Source: Candidatus Bathyarchaeia archaeon (GTDB taxonomy: Archaea; Thermoproteota; Bathyarchaeia; 40CM-2-53-6). From it: a stretch of 64,000 nucleotides of DNA. Below, one piece after another: positions 1 to 10,360 of this stretch. Position numbers and translations under genes: made by a program. The stretch is from the NCBI GenBank assembly GCA_050013255.1, contig JBEKFP010000002.1, positions 64,001-128,000 of the forward strand, read 5' to 3'. The stretch's first letter is position 1; each line of letters begins with the position of its first letter. The notes beneath the pieces were generated by a model that was not told the origin of the DNA, did not search any database, and saw nothing but the letters and a program-made list of their open reading frames with translations.

Positions 1-1
1 C

Positions 2-1159
2 AGGCTCCTAGAGCCCTCAGTTCGCAAGCATAACATAGTGATAATTCAAGAATCTTTCAGAGCCGCAATTTCATCGATGAAGGGCGATGTGGTGGAACTT
101 GAGGGTGACCACGTTGCGTTCCAGGACAACGCTATCGACCGATGGTTGAAGGACAGAGCCTCGGAGCAGGCAGTGAACATACTCCGACAGAGCCAAAGGG
201 CATTCTACTCCTACCTCACGAAGGGGCGTTCGATTTACCTTAGCCTAGATCTCCTTGCCCGCGAACTCAGCGAGCCCATAAGGGTAGGAATCGATCCAGC
301 ACTGATGGGAACGAAACCCGAGAACCCGAAAGATTACCTCTCCCTACGAACCTCCGAAGGCTTCACTTCCTTCAATGAGACGGCATCCTTAGAGGACATT
401 GCATCAAAACTGCGCCCCGGACGTCCAATAACAATTTCGCCATTGGCCGGCGTTCTTAACGAAGTCTTCCTCGTGACGGCTGGAAAGGAGCAATTTGTTG
501 CAAAGAAGTTCACGGACTGGCATGGGTTCAAGTGGTTCACGCTCAACCTTGTATCATTTGGCAGCAAAGTGTTTGCTGTATCAGGAAAGACAAGAATGAC
601 CAACGAATATGGGATCAATCGCTACCTAGCCAAGAAAGGGTTGAAAGTTCCACAGATAATTCACGTGAACCTTAGGCAGCGAATCTTGGTTGAAAAATAC
701 GTGGTTGGGACTGGATTAAGCGATTTCGTAACGTCAGCCGTTAATCAGAGCACATTGGCCGAGGGCCAATGTCGACTTGCCGAATCGCTTGGCGAGACAT
801 TGGCAAGGATTCACGATGTGGGGGTTTCAGTCGGGGATGCTAAGCCGGAGAACTTTGTCGCAAGTGAGGGTGAAATCTTCACCGTCGACTTGGAGCAAGC
901 AGGTAAACGCGGCGACTACGCATGGGATATAGCTGAACTGCTCTTCTACTCTGGACATTATAGCGCAAGTCAGATTCCCACACGCGGACTTAGCATGCTT
1001 GTTGAAGCATTCATAGAGGGGTACTTGCGGAAGGGTCGTCCTGCGGAATTGAGACGGGCTACCGGGGTCAGATACGTGAAGGCGTTCTCTTTCTGGACTC
1101 CAGCGCCGGTCATACTTGAGATATTGAGAACTCTTCACGAGGCCAGTCGGGGAGAATGA
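2..1159 (+). CDS. Protein-kinase-like (RIO/Kdo/InaA-like) protein, 5'-partial
   Basis: Frame open from base 2; kinase motifs FVAKKF, IHDVGVSVGDAKPEN, VDLEQA. Confidence 0.7.
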   Translation, partial: RLLEPSVRKHNIVIIQESFRAAISSMKGDVVELEGDHVAFQDNAIDRWLKDRASEQAVNILRQSQRAFYSYLTKGRSIYLSLDLLARELSEPIRVGIDPALMGTKPENPKDYLSLRTSEGFTSFNETASLEDIASKLRPGRPITISPLAGVLNEVFLVTAGKEQFVAKKFTDWHGFKWFTLNLVSFGSKVFAVSGKTRMTNEYGINRYLAKKGLKVPQIIHVNLRQRILVEKYVVGTGLSDFVTSAVNQSTLAEGQCRLAESLGETLARIHDVGVSVGDAKPENFVASEGEIFTVDLEQAGKRGDYAWDIAELLFYSGHYSASQIPTRGLSMLVEAFIEGYLRKGRPAELRRATGVRYVKAFSFWTPAPVILEILRTLHEASRGE

Positions 1160-1788
1160 ATCGTAACATTCGATTAGTAATTTTCGATTTGGACGGGACC
1201 CTAACCCCCGTGGAAAGCTTGTGGCGGTACCTTCACGAAGCCTTTGGTACCTGGGAACAAGGGAAGATAGCCGCCCTCAAGTACAGCCGCGGCGAAATAT
1301 CCTACAAGCAGTGGGCTGAGAGTGATGCTGGATACTGGGCGGGAGTTTCGCTTTCAAGGGTCACCAGGATGCTCGAGGAGATACCGTATCGAAGGGGAGC
1401 GAGGGAGGTCTTTGCGGAGCTTAAGCGTCGGCAAGTAAAGACCGCCATTGTTAGCGCGGGGTTGTCACTCCTAACAAATAAGGTGGCAGAGGAACTTGAA
1501 GCCGACGCCGCGGTTTCAAATGAACTTGAGACCAGAGAAGGTTGGTTGACGGGTGGAATCAGAGTGCGAGTCGCGGTCAACAATAAGCGAGAAATCATTG
1601 AACAAGTCGCTGCCTCACTTCAGATTGCCCTTCAAGAAGTCGCCCTCGTGGGTGACCAAGCTTTCGATCTATCGCATTCAGAGTGCTTGAGAATCGCATT
1701 TAAACCGAAAAATGACATCGCAAGGCGCCAGGCTGACTTTGTTGTGGAAGATGACGACCTCACCCAAATTCTTCAATACCTTATCTAG
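1156..1788 (+). CDS. HAD-superfamily IB phosphatase (SerB-like)
   Basis: IFDLDGTL motif I, IVSAG motif II, VGDQAFD motif IV; ATGA overlap with upstream gene. Confidence 0.8.
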   Translation: MNRNIRLVIFDLDGTLTPVESLWRYLHEAFGTWEQGKIAALKYSRGEISYKQWAESDAGYWAGVSLSRVTRMLEEIPYRRGAREVFAELKRRQVKTAIVSAGLSLLTNKVAEELEADAAVSNELETREGWLTGGIRVRVAVNNKREIIEQVAASLQIALQEVALVGDQAFDLSHSECLRIAFKPKNDIARRQADFVVEDDDLTQILQYLI

Positions 1789-1835
1789 CGTGCCCGGTTA
1801 GAGAATGCAGATAAGCATAATCGAGGATCCGGTCA

Positions 1836-2276
1836 TTGCCTTCACACGAGGAGTCTTTCAACTGCGGTGGGTTGGTGGGGTCCATCAACCTCTACAATGA
1901 CCGGATGGTTATCAATAGCAAGGAGTGGGGTGTCTCCAAGTCTTATCAACTTCCCATTAAGCGAATAAGGTCAGTTGTGGTTGAGCGCAAGAGTGTAATA
2001 CCTTTCGCCACACTCACAGTAATCGCGGCGGCTACAATACTATTGGCGAGATACAATGCGCTTTGGTTTTTGGTTAATCTGACACCCCAAAACGCACAAA
2101 CCATAAGCTCATACGCACTCCTCGTTTCCGTAGTCAGCGCGATTCCGACGTTGATCCGTATAATATTCGTTAGTGTTTCTATTACTTGGGATGGCAATCC
2201 CAGATCATTCCGCGTGGGCTTCGTCCCACTCCGCCGCGGGAAGCGTTTAGCCCAGAAGTTTCAAGAATTGTCGTAG
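1836..2276 (+). CDS. Hypothetical membrane protein (2 TM)
   Basis: 146-aa ORF in operon-like spacing with two hydrophobic segments. Confidence 0.6.
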   Translation: MPSHEESFNCGGLVGSINLYNDRMVINSKEWGVSKSYQLPIKRIRSVVVERKSVIPFATLTVIAAATILLARYNALWFLVNLTPQNAQTISSYALLVSVVSAIPTLIRIIFVSVSITWDGNPRSFRVGFVPLRRGKRLAQKFQELS

Positions 2277-2295
2277 TGGAGCTGAGTTAATCGAT

Positions 2296-3069
2296 TTGGG
2301 TAGCATGATCACGGAGGGTTCATTGGTTCTCCTATATTTCGATGTGAAGCGTCAATGGCTCATACGCATCAATGGGGCGAGGCAATTTCATACGCACAAA
2401 GGATATGTTGCCTTAGCGGATCTTGTGGAACGGCCGTTTGGGACTGCGTTGAAAAGTTCGCTCGGCCATACGTTTTGGGCCCTGAAACCTACCACTTATG
2501 ATTTCATAATGCATAGCGCAAGGAAGACGCAGATAATGTACCCTAAGGATATCGGCCTAGTCATTCTCAAACTAGCGCTTTCCCCTGGGTTGAACGTTCT
2601 GGAAATAGGAACCGGCAGTGGTGCCATGACACTGGCGGCAGCGATGGCGGTGAAACCAGCCGGTCATGTTCATACGTACGAGGCACGCGCTGAATTCATG
2701 GAAGTTGCTGAACGAAACCTCAAGAGGGCAGCTGTCTCAGAATACGTGACCATTCATAATGCTGATGCTAGTACAGGCATCGAAGGTTCGGATTTCGACG
2801 CAGCCATAATTGACGTAGGCGACCCATGGCCCTTGATTCCACATGTACACAAAGCTCTATCCGGTGGCTCACCCGTGGTCTCCTTCAGCCCTACCTTCAA
2901 CCAAGTTGAGAAGACCACTGAAGTCTTCGGGAAGGAAGGGTTCGTGAACATTCAGACCATTGAGTGCTTCATTCGCGAAATAAGGGCGGATACCGGCAAA
3001 ACCAGGCCTGCAACAATCATGGTCGGCCACACGGGCTACATGACTTTCGCCCAAAAATGCAACCCGTAG
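2296..3069 (+). CDS. trmI: tRNA (adenine-57/58-N1)-methyltransferase
   Basis: FHTHKG, RKTQIMYPKD, LEIGTGSGAMT, DVGDPW, SPTFNQV, MVGHTGY. Confidence 0.93.
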   Translation: MGSMITEGSLVLLYFDVKRQWLIRINGARQFHTHKGYVALADLVERPFGTALKSSLGHTFWALKPTTYDFIMHSARKTQIMYPKDIGLVILKLALSPGLNVLEIGTGSGAMTLAAAMAVKPAGHVHTYEARAEFMEVAERNLKRAAVSEYVTIHNADASTGIEGSDFDAAIIDVGDPWPLIPHVHKALSGGSPVVSFSPTFNQVEKTTEVFGKEGFVNIQTIECFIREIRADTGKTRPATIMVGHTGYMTFAQKCNP

Positions 3070-3153
3070 TCTGCAAGTAGTTTCTTTTCAAATTCTCGTA
3101 TCGGATAACATATTGGCTGGGTGGACATTAATACAATACATTAATGGTCGGGG

Positions 3154-4503
3154 GTGGGTTGTTTGGGTCAACGTCTTGTTCCTGCCCTCAAGATGCGGAC
3201 TTGGATGCTTCTAGTCATTCTGACAGTTGTTCTGCTGCCGCCTAACGTTGCTTCTGGATTAGCGACTGCCCGCGGCGAGTCATACTTGCTCGTTGGCGGA
3301 CAGAATGGAGGCTGGTTCCAGAGCGGACAGACGCCTAGGCTTTACAAAATCATGCTCTCAGACTTTTCAGTGAGTAAATTGACCCCGGTTTCAAGTGAAG
3401 GCACGGTATGGACGGGTGGTTGGAATGGTTCACAATGGTTAGTCTCAGGATGGGGAGTCGACCCCGGAGCTACGGGATCTGATCCATACCTGTACCTATA
3501 CGATGGGCAGAAGCAAGTTGTTGGTGGCTCCTTGAATCAATTCGCGTCGGAAGCATCTTGGCACGGAGGAGACGTCTTTGCGGTCAGCTACAATGGGCAT
3601 GAATGGCTGCTCTCAGGTTTGGGTTCTGGTTCGTTAGGCGAAGGTCGGCAACCATCTAACCATATGGCATTGGGGTTGTTCGACGGCTACCACTTCACTG
3701 ACTTATCCTCCGAGGTCCCTAACCAGTGGGATGCGATACTGTATGCGAATGCTTGGAACGGCCACTATTGGCTTGTGGGTGGGGGATGGGAGGGTAATGA
3801 TGGAGAGCTCTATCGCTTTGACGGGATGAACTTCACTGACCTGTCGTTCCAACTGGAGTCCGTAATGCACCAGTTTCATTCGGTTCAAGCAATTCAGTGG
3901 AACGGGGACTACTGGCTCGTTGGTGGAGTAGGCTTCCTGGTCAAGTATGATGGACAGAAGTTCACTGATCTGACGCCTGGACTGAACGCCGCGATCAGCG
4001 CCCGACACGTGCGGAACCTTAGCTCGTGCTGCAATGCTGTCAACGCCCTCGAGTGGAACGGGGCCTCATGGCAAATAGGTGGAGGTGCACCCATCAGCGT
4101 CACGGAACCGGGTACTGTATGGATCGTGAACTATGACGGGGCAAAATTCACCGACCTTACTCCGCTTATCCAATCCTACATTGCGAACCCTTCACAAAGC
4201 TCGAGCATACTCACCATTACCTATTCGGACGCCTCTTGGTTTTATGGAGGATACGCAGACGGCAAGGGTATCTTACTCTCCTATGCGAACCATACGATGG
4301 CCGATCTCTCCTATTTGATCGGCGATGAGATGAGCACAGTAAACTGGGTGGGCGGATGGCCCAAGGCATCTAACGAAAGTTCGATCCGAGATTTTGAAAT
4401 CTATGCTGCTTCCATCATCGTGGTTGTAGCTGCCGCGCTAACGATTAGGTTAATGCGCAAAAAACACTTCAGTTCTTATCGCATATACAAAGAGTCCCAG
4501 TAA
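3154..4503 (+). CDS. Secreted, C-terminally membrane-anchored beta-propeller repeat protein
   Basis: Signal-like N-terminus; repeated WNGxxWLxGG...YDGxxFTDL units; C-terminal TM plus basic tail. Confidence 0.7.
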   Translation: MGCLGQRLVPALKMRTWMLLVILTVVLLPPNVASGLATARGESYLLVGGQNGGWFQSGQTPRLYKIMLSDFSVSKLTPVSSEGTVWTGGWNGSQWLVSGWGVDPGATGSDPYLYLYDGQKQVVGGSLNQFASEASWHGGDVFAVSYNGHEWLLSGLGSGSLGEGRQPSNHMALGLFDGYHFTDLSSEVPNQWDAILYANAWNGHYWLVGGGWEGNDGELYRFDGMNFTDLSFQLESVMHQFHSVQAIQWNGDYWLVGGVGFLVKYDGQKFTDLTPGLNAAISARHVRNLSSCCNAVNALEWNGASWQIGGGAPISVTEPGTVWIVNYDGAKFTDLTPLIQSYIANPSQSSSILTITYSDASWFYGGYADGKGILLSYANHTMADLSYLIGDEMSTVNWVGGWPKASNESSIRDFEIYAASIIVVVAAALTIRLMRKKHFSSYRIYKESQ

Positions 4504-4658
4504 TACATTGAGCAACGTCTGACTTGCTAATCCGGTTGATCTGGGTGATACTCCCCTTTTCTGGTGCAGCTCCGCCGAGAACCCTGCAGCCTATCGCCAC
4601 AAAGAGTAGCTGCGAATTCCAAAGCCATGAAGGCTGTTTCGTTGTAGTCAGCGGGAGT

Positions 4659-5045
4659 TCAATTCGAACTTCTGGCTTTTTCGATTAGTTCGAGCCAGTT
4701 TCCGTCCGGGTCTTTTATGAACGCAATCTTGGAAGATGATCCACTTAGCGAAAAGGGTTCCATTGCGATGGTGACTCCGTTCGCTTTGAGCTCGTCTACA
4801 GCCTTTCTCACATCGTTAACTGCTAAGGCTATGTGGTCGAAATTGTCGCCTTCAACCAAATTCTTCTTGTCCCGCCAGCGTGTAAGTTCTATGGCAGCGC
4901 CGCTCTCGTCCTGCAAAAAAGCTATTTCAGCATTGTTCTGCCTGACCTCCCGACGGCTCACAAGTCTGAGTCCGATGAAATGGGTGTAGAACTCGATGGA
5001 CTTGTCAAGGTCAGATACGTTTAGGCAGGTGTGGAGAATCTTCAC
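4659..5045 (-). CDS. VOC/glyoxalase I family protein (lactoylglutathione lyase-like)
   Basis: LHTCLNVSDLDKSIEFY, IELT, FDHIAL, FIKDPDGNWLELIE. Confidence 0.88.
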   Translation of the reverse strand: MKILHTCLNVSDLDKSIEFYTHFIGLRLVSRREVRQNNAEIAFLQDESGAAIELTRWRDKKNLVEGDNFDHIALAVNDVRKAVDELKANGVTIAMEPFSLSGSSSKIAFIKDPDGNWLELIEKARSSN

Positions 5046-5114
5046 TGAAATCGCTCGCTGCGTAGGCTGACTTGAAGAAAGATAATGGAGACAAAAGATG
5101 GGGTTGCTGGTGGC

Positions 5115-6368
5115 TTAGACCCAGCCACGCAGTTTCACAGCGTCGGCGACTCGTTTGACGGCTACCATGTATGCTGCGGCTCTCATGTGCACTTTTTCTT
5201 TCTTTGACATTTCGTAAACATCCTTGAAAGCCTTGGTCATGTGGGCATCGAGTTGCTTGTGGACATCTTCGAGGGCCCAGAAGTAGTTGTATGTGCCTTG
5301 AACTTGCTCAAAGTATGAAACAGTGACTCCGCCCGCGTTTGCTAGAAAGTCAGGAAGAACGAGGACGCCGTTCTTGTGAAGAACCTCATCTGAGTCGGGT
5401 GTGGTGGGGCCGTTGGCGAGTTCGCAAAGTATCTTTGGCTTGATCTTATTGCAGTTCTTCGCGGTGATGACGTTCTCCAAGGCCGCTGGGATTAGGACGT
5501 CGACCTGCAGCTCCAATAGCTCGTCGTTTGAGACTGGTTTAGTGCCTGGGAATCCAGCTACCTTCCCCGTCTTCTCTTTGTGGGCGACCAACGCTACTGG
5601 GTCAATACCCTTCTCGCTGTAAACGCCTCCCTGTGAATCGCTTGCAGCTAAGAGCTTAAGGCCTAGGATTTCTGCGCCAAGAGTTGCAGCGAATTGGCCA
5701 GCGTTGCCAAATCCTTGAATCGCCATGGTCGCTCCGCGTGTGTTCATTCCTATGGCCTTTGCTGCTTCACGCATGCAGTAAACTCCGCCCCTAGCTGTGG
5801 CGTCTCCTCTACCCTGCGATCCACCAAGCGCGATTGGTTTCCCCGTGATGACGGAGGGGCTGTTCATTCTCACAATCGTTTCATACTCATCCATCATCCA
5901 AGCCATAATCTGCGGGTCAGTGTACACGTCTGGCGCTGGGACATCTTTGAAAGCCCCAAGTTCCGACGCTACACATCTAATATACGCTCTCGCCAACCGT
6001 TCCTTTTCAGACGCAGAGAGCTTCTTCGGGTCAACAGTTACGCCACCCTTTCCGCCACCCAGAGGGATGTCCATCATGGCGGTCTTCCAAGTCATCCAGG
6101 CAGCCAAAGCTCTTACAGTGTCTATCGTTTCTGCTGGGTGCCATCTTAGGCCCCCCTTACATGGCCCCCGGGCATTGTTGTATTGAACCCGGTAGGCGCG
6201 TAAAACTTGAACAGCCCCATTATCCATTTTCAGAGGAATCGTATACACGAATTCTCTCATCGGCCACTTCAGGAACTCGCCCATTGCTTTGTCCAATCCG
6301 AGTCTCTTCGCGGCCATTTCCAGCTCTCTTTGAGCTATCTTGAAGGGGTTAAGTTCTTCTGTCATCAT
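5115..6368 (-). CDS. gdhA: Glu/Leu/Phe/Val dehydrogenase (glutamate dehydrogenase)
   Basis: [55 protein letters not shown]; start moved to ATG at 6368. Confidence 0.93.
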   Translation of the reverse strand: MMTEELNPFKIAQRELEMAAKRLGLDKAMGEFLKWPMREFVYTIPLKMDNGAVQVLRAYRVQYNNARGPCKGGLRWHPAETIDTVRALAAWMTWKTAMMDIPLGGGKGGVTVDPKKLSASEKERLARAYIRCVASELGAFKDVPAPDVYTDPQIMAWMMDEYETIVRMNSPSVITGKPIALGGSQGRGDATARGGVYCMREAAKAIGMNTRGATMAIQGFGNAGQFAATLGAEILGLKLLAASDSQGGVYSEKGIDPVALVAHKEKTGKVAGFPGTKPVSNDELLELQVDVLIPAALENVITAKNCNKIKPKILCELANGPTTPDSDEVLHKNGVLVLPDFLANAGGVTVSYFEQVQGTYNYFWALEDVHKQLDAHMTKAFKDVYEMSKKEKVHMRAAAYMVAVKRVADAVKLRGWV

Positions 6369-6541
6369 TATCTCGCCTTTTAGTCGAGCTGCCGCAAGGC
6401 TACGCCCATTATGTAAATGCTCCGGGGAACTTTCAGGAGAAATAATGAATGGCAAAGTCACCGGCATGATTTCGGCGGATTCGCGGTAGGTGTTGAAGAA
6501 CGTAGGAGTATTTATTTGCCGATACGGCAAGTGCGCGTAGC

Positions 6542-6760
6542 TTGAGGTGCGTACCGTTGGTGGAGCAAGAGCCAGGGAAGAAACGTAGTTTTCGTGATGC
6601 TCTGTTGGTGCTGGTCGCCGCAGCCCTAATTATGTCACCGAGCTACCTCAGCCTTGCTCTGCTTCACCGGTTGAAACTTGATATTTCTCTCGTAGCCGTA
6701 ATGGCGCTAGCGCTCTTCCTAGTCGGTGCTTTCTTGCTGGTTAAGGTAGTAAAGGAATAA
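6542..6760 (+). CDS. Small membrane protein (2 TM)
   Basis: Two hydrophobic helices; fills the gap between gdh and the S2P gene. Confidence 0.55.
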   Translation: MRCVPLVEQEPGKKRSFRDALLVLVAAALIMSPSYLSLALLHRLKLDISLVAVMALALFLVGAFLLVKVVKE

Positions 6761-6771
6761 GATCGCTCGGC

Positions 6772-7569
6772 CTACGAGTAGGGCCTGAGAACGAAATTCG
6801 TATAGATCGTAAGGGCAAGCGACACGAAGAACAAGGCGGCCCAGTAACGTTTGTTCCAATAGTAAACTTTCCGTCCATCAAAAACTGAGAACGGGATCAT
6901 GTTAAACAGGGCGAGAAACGCGTTGATGCCAGCGCCGAACAAGATCGGGAGGTACACGAATGATTGCTGAAGAACCGGAAGAAGCGTGAGAAGCGCCAAA
7001 GTAATTATCACGTTTACACCGGGCCCCGCGATGGCGGTGCGGCCGATACGGTCTTTCTCAGCGAACCCTGAGATCATGACCGCCCCAGGCGCGATGAATT
7101 TTATGGGAGAGACAATGGAAAGGGCTGTCAAAATTACGCCAGTTGTATATACTCGAAACTCAGCCCAAAGCCCGTACCCTTGGGCTACATACTTGTGAGC
7201 GAGCTCATGAAGTATGAAACCCATTGAGAAAATTAAGGCTGCCAGTATCAACCCCGGTAGCGTGAATGCGTTCCCGACGATAAAGGAAACGCCTGCCGCG
7301 GTCACCAAGGCTGTACCCACCGCCAAATGACGCAACTCAGTCCGGCTGAAACGGAGGCCACGCAAGCTAGGTGAAAGAAGCATGCTCCGCCCCCCAGCTG
7401 CGACTTGCATTGGTGGAGCGTTCGTCCTAGCAGACCTGACGGCCTTCATACGCCATGTTTCACTGCACTCGTGATTTTCCGGCAATCTGTGGCTGGGGCA
7501 ATAGTAGTGCTCGCAGTAATTGCATTTGAAGGGAAGGTCGGCTTCAACCCCACACCTCTCACATCTCAA
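6772..7569 (-). CDS. AN1-type zinc finger fused to site-2 protease (M50)
   Basis: CERC...FKCNYCEHYYCPSHRLPENHEC; HELAHK zinc motif, IAGPGVN, FNMIPFSVFDG. Confidence 0.88.
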   Translation of the reverse strand: MRCERCGVEADLPFKCNYCEHYYCPSHRLPENHECSETWRMKAVRSARTNAPPMQVAAGGRSMLLSPSLRGLRFSRTELRHLAVGTALVTAAGVSFIVGNAFTLPGLILAALIFSMGFILHELAHKYVAQGYGLWAEFRVYTTGVILTALSIVSPIKFIAPGAVMISGFAEKDRIGRTAIAGPGVNVIITLALLTLLPVLQQSFVYLPILFGAGINAFLALFNMIPFSVFDGRKVYYWNKRYWAALFFVSLALTIYTNFVLRPYS

Positions 7570-7648
7570 ACAACGAGGCGCCCCGGAACAGGCAAATATC
7601 TGCCCACCCTTACTTTTAATGTTGGTACCCCAATATACCTTGGGATTA

Positions 7649-7828
7649 ATGTTGCCAAAATGCGCAACGTGCGGAAAAGAACTTCCTAAACTGGAAAAGT
7701 GTCAGTATTGCGGGGAGATGTTCTGCGAGGAAGATTACCCGAAACATATGGCGTGGGAGCGGCGGCATGCAGGCCTAGCTGAGGAGGAGGGAAAGTTCTG
7801 GAGGAAAAGGAGAGAAGCTCCCGACTGA
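7649..7828 (+). CDS. Small zinc-finger protein (AN1-like)
   Basis: CATC...CQYCGEMFCEEDYPKH; ATG at 7649. Confidence 0.65.
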   Translation: MLPKCATCGKELPKLEKCQYCGEMFCEEDYPKHMAWERRHAGLAEEEGKFWRKRREAPD

Positions 7829-7887
7829 GAGTCCAGTAATTCGGCAGGTTTTTCTAGACACACACCAATGCTAAACCTGACTCGTTC

Positions 7888-8103
7888 ATGTCCAAGTATA
7901 TGAAACAAGCGGAGAAAGTTACGATCCCGAAGCATAGACATTGCGGCGTCTGTTCAACGCCAATCGAAATGGACAGGGAGTTCTGTGGGCCAATTTGTGA
8001 GGATCAATTCAAACGGTCGGAAAGAAAGAGAAAGTACACTTTCATCATTGTCCTCATGATGTTTCCAATTCTGTTCTTTGTACTCACACTGTTCCGCAAA
8101 TAG
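7888..8103 (+). CDS. DUF2116-like Zn-ribbon membrane protein
   Basis: IPKHRHCGVCSTPI...FCGPIC followed by a C-terminal TM helix. Confidence 0.8.
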   Translation: MSKYMKQAEKVTIPKHRHCGVCSTPIEMDREFCGPICEDQFKRSERKRKYTFIIVLMMFPILFFVLTLFRK

Positions 8104-8323
8104 AAATCGCACCAGTAATGAACGGCGGGACTCTTCCCGGCCCCAGGCGGGCCGCTAATCATCAGCGCATAGCGAATTTCGAGCACGAAAAATCGTGATC
8201 AAACCACGCGATTGTTCCCTGGAAATATATACGCGGAACACAACTGTTCCGAAGCAATGTCAACCTACAGTGCAACCAATACTGTTAAATGCAAATCAGC
8301 TAGCCAAGGCAGTCTGAGAAAAT

Positions 8324-10051
8324 TTGTCGCAAAAGAAACTATTCGTAAGAAAAGCAACAGGGCTTGTCAGAGAAATCGGTCCGCTAACTGCAATGATCAT
8401 CATCTTAGCCAACGTCATGGGCCTCGGCTGGCAGAAACGTGTCTTCCAGTTCACTGGGGCTGCCCCACTACCAGAGAACCTCTGGGTTGCTGGCATTCCA
8501 CCAATGGTCATGGCTTTCCTGATCGGTGGAATCATCATTATCCTCTCAGTTCTATCCTTCTCGATTCTGATCGCGGCTATGCCTCGGTCAGGAGGAGGGT
8601 ACGTTGTCATCTCTAGGCTTGTCAGTCCAATCTGGGCGTTCGTCGGCTCATGGTTCGAATTTCTCAGCATTGCGTGGTCCTTCGGGATCATCGCAGTGGC
8701 TGTGTTCGAAGGCATCTACTTCATTTTCGGGCCCATAGTCGGCATAACGGCGGCTGGAGTCAACGACGTGTACCTATTCGGTGGAGGCGTCCTATTAGTC
8801 GTCCTCTTCACGGCCATTGGATCCCTAGGGGTGAGAATGGCGGGATACCTTCTGCAGGTGATGTTCTGGATTCCGGCGATTTTGACCGTCTACGTGCTCT
8901 TCTTGCTAGCAAGTTCGCTGTCGAACCCGAGTGCTTTGCAAGCTGGAATCACGTCGTTAGCTGCGGCGAACGGAATAACGGGAGTCACAGCCGACACCTA
9001 CGTGAAAGGTGCACTCACACAAGGAATGGATGCAGCAAATGTGGGTAACTACTGGTCGGCCGTATCAACCGCCATGATCGGAGCCTACTTTGCTTACATT
9101 GGATATGCAGCATCGACATTCGTCGCAGGCGAAGTGAAGGAAGCAAACAAGAGCCTACCGAAAGTTCTGCTTCTATCCTCAGTGATTATCATGGTCGCAT
9201 ACATGGTCGTTTCAGGTCTCGGAGCATACGCGACCGCGGCGCTGGGTCGGACAACATTGCCAAACGGTAACACCTGGTCATTCTTCGAAGCCTACTCCTA
9301 CCTATCGTATGGTAAAGGAAACTTAGCAAAGGCTGGCGTTCCCGCCATCAAAGCATGGACGACGACCGTCGCCGCTATGACTGGAATCGGTCTAAACCTT
9401 AGCTCACTCAACTGGCTGCTATTCATATTCGGCATACTATGGGTAGCAAACGACATTCCGCCATTCATCCTAACCGCCTCAAGAATTCTCTTCGCTATGG
9501 CATTCGACAGGGTTCTACCAGGGTCACTCGCAAACGTGAACGAGCGATTCCACTCACCCGTCAACGCAACGATTGTAACTGGAGTCTTCGGCATGCTAGG
9601 ATGCTTCTCAGAATCCGGCGTAATATCTAACGGTGGTACATGGAACCCAGGCGGAGCCCTGGGCGGTGCGCTTAACGGCATATTCAGCATAGGCGTCTCA
9701 AGCACGGACCTATTCGACGCAGTTTTCTTCACACTGTTCGCTTTAGCACTGATCATGTTGCCATTGCGCAAGAAGGAGATCTATGAGACAGCACCATTCA
9801 AGATCGGCGGTAAAACAGGGATGATGGTTATTGGCGTCTTAGGTGTCGGAGCTAACCTAGCATTGGACTGGATGATACTCACCGCACCGCAAGACAGCTA
9901 CAACATCCTTGCACCAACATCTGACAACTGGTTCGCAATCGGCTTCACCGTGCTACTTGGCCTAGTGGGCGCGGGTATGTACGCCTACTATAAGTACGGT
10001 AAGAAAGACGTCGACTACTCCACTATCTTCGCAGAAATCCCACCAGAATAG
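8324..10051 (+). CDS. APC-family amino acid permease
   Basis: LFVRKATGLVRE, AMPRSGGGY, VAGEVKE, SRILFAMAFDR, C-terminal FAEIPPE. Confidence 0.9.
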   Translation: MSQKKLFVRKATGLVREIGPLTAMIIILANVMGLGWQKRVFQFTGAAPLPENLWVAGIPPMVMAFLIGGIIIILSVLSFSILIAAMPRSGGGYVVISRLVSPIWAFVGSWFEFLSIAWSFGIIAVAVFEGIYFIFGPIVGITAAGVNDVYLFGGGVLLVVLFTAIGSLGVRMAGYLLQVMFWIPAILTVYVLFLLASSLSNPSALQAGITSLAAANGITGVTADTYVKGALTQGMDAANVGNYWSAVSTAMIGAYFAYIGYAASTFVAGEVKEANKSLPKVLLLSSVIIMVAYMVVSGLGAYATAALGRTTLPNGNTWSFFEAYSYLSYGKGNLAKAGVPAIKAWTTTVAAMTGIGLNLSSLNWLLFIFGILWVANDIPPFILTASRILFAMAFDRVLPGSLANVNERFHSPVNATIVTGVFGMLGCFSESGVISNGGTWNPGGALGGALNGIFSIGVSSTDLFDAVFFTLFALALIMLPLRKKEIYETAPFKIGGKTGMMVIGVLGVGANLALDWMILTAPQDSYNILAPTSDNWFAIGFTVLLGLVGAGMYAYYKYGKKDVDYSTIFAEIPPE

Positions 10052-10062
10052 GCAAGCCCCAC

Positions 10063-10101
10063 TCCCTTTTTTCTTTTTTCTTTCTTTTCCTCTTTCCTTT
10101 C
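10063..10101 (+). terminator. Archaeal oligo-T/pyrimidine terminator
   Basis: Long T/C tract (ttttttcttttttctttcttttcc) directly after the permease stop. Confidence 0.65.
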
Positions 10102-10117
10102 GGCATTCGCGTAATAG

Positions 10118-10303
10118 CTACGCTGCATCCTCTCCTATTCCCGGGCCACTTTCTGAGAGCGGGACAAGAATTCTACTGCACCTAGAACATTTTATCGTTT
10201 CAACTTCTTGAGGGATGAGTTTACCCAGCTTCATAACGGCCGCGGAGTCATCGTGGCCAATGAAGAAGCAAATCAGCATCTTGAAAGGACGCCACGAAAC
10301 CAT
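10118..10303 (-). CDS. Zinc-finger microprotein (CxxxGH...CxxC, DUF1660-like)
   Basis: LICFFIGH...KCSRC; ATG at 10303 or 10279. Confidence 0.55.
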   Translation of the reverse strand: MVSWRPFKMLICFFIGHDDSAAVMKLGKLIPQEVETIKCSRCSRILVPLSESGPGIGEDAA

Positions 10304-10360
10304 TGCTATACCACAGCTTTCGGCATCGACGCTTACCAACGTAAATCCTGAGAACAAAGG

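Noticed and set aside
6369-6530. N-terminal extension of gdh in the ORF track
   Set aside because: Homology starts at MTEELNPF; the extension covers the divergent promoter region
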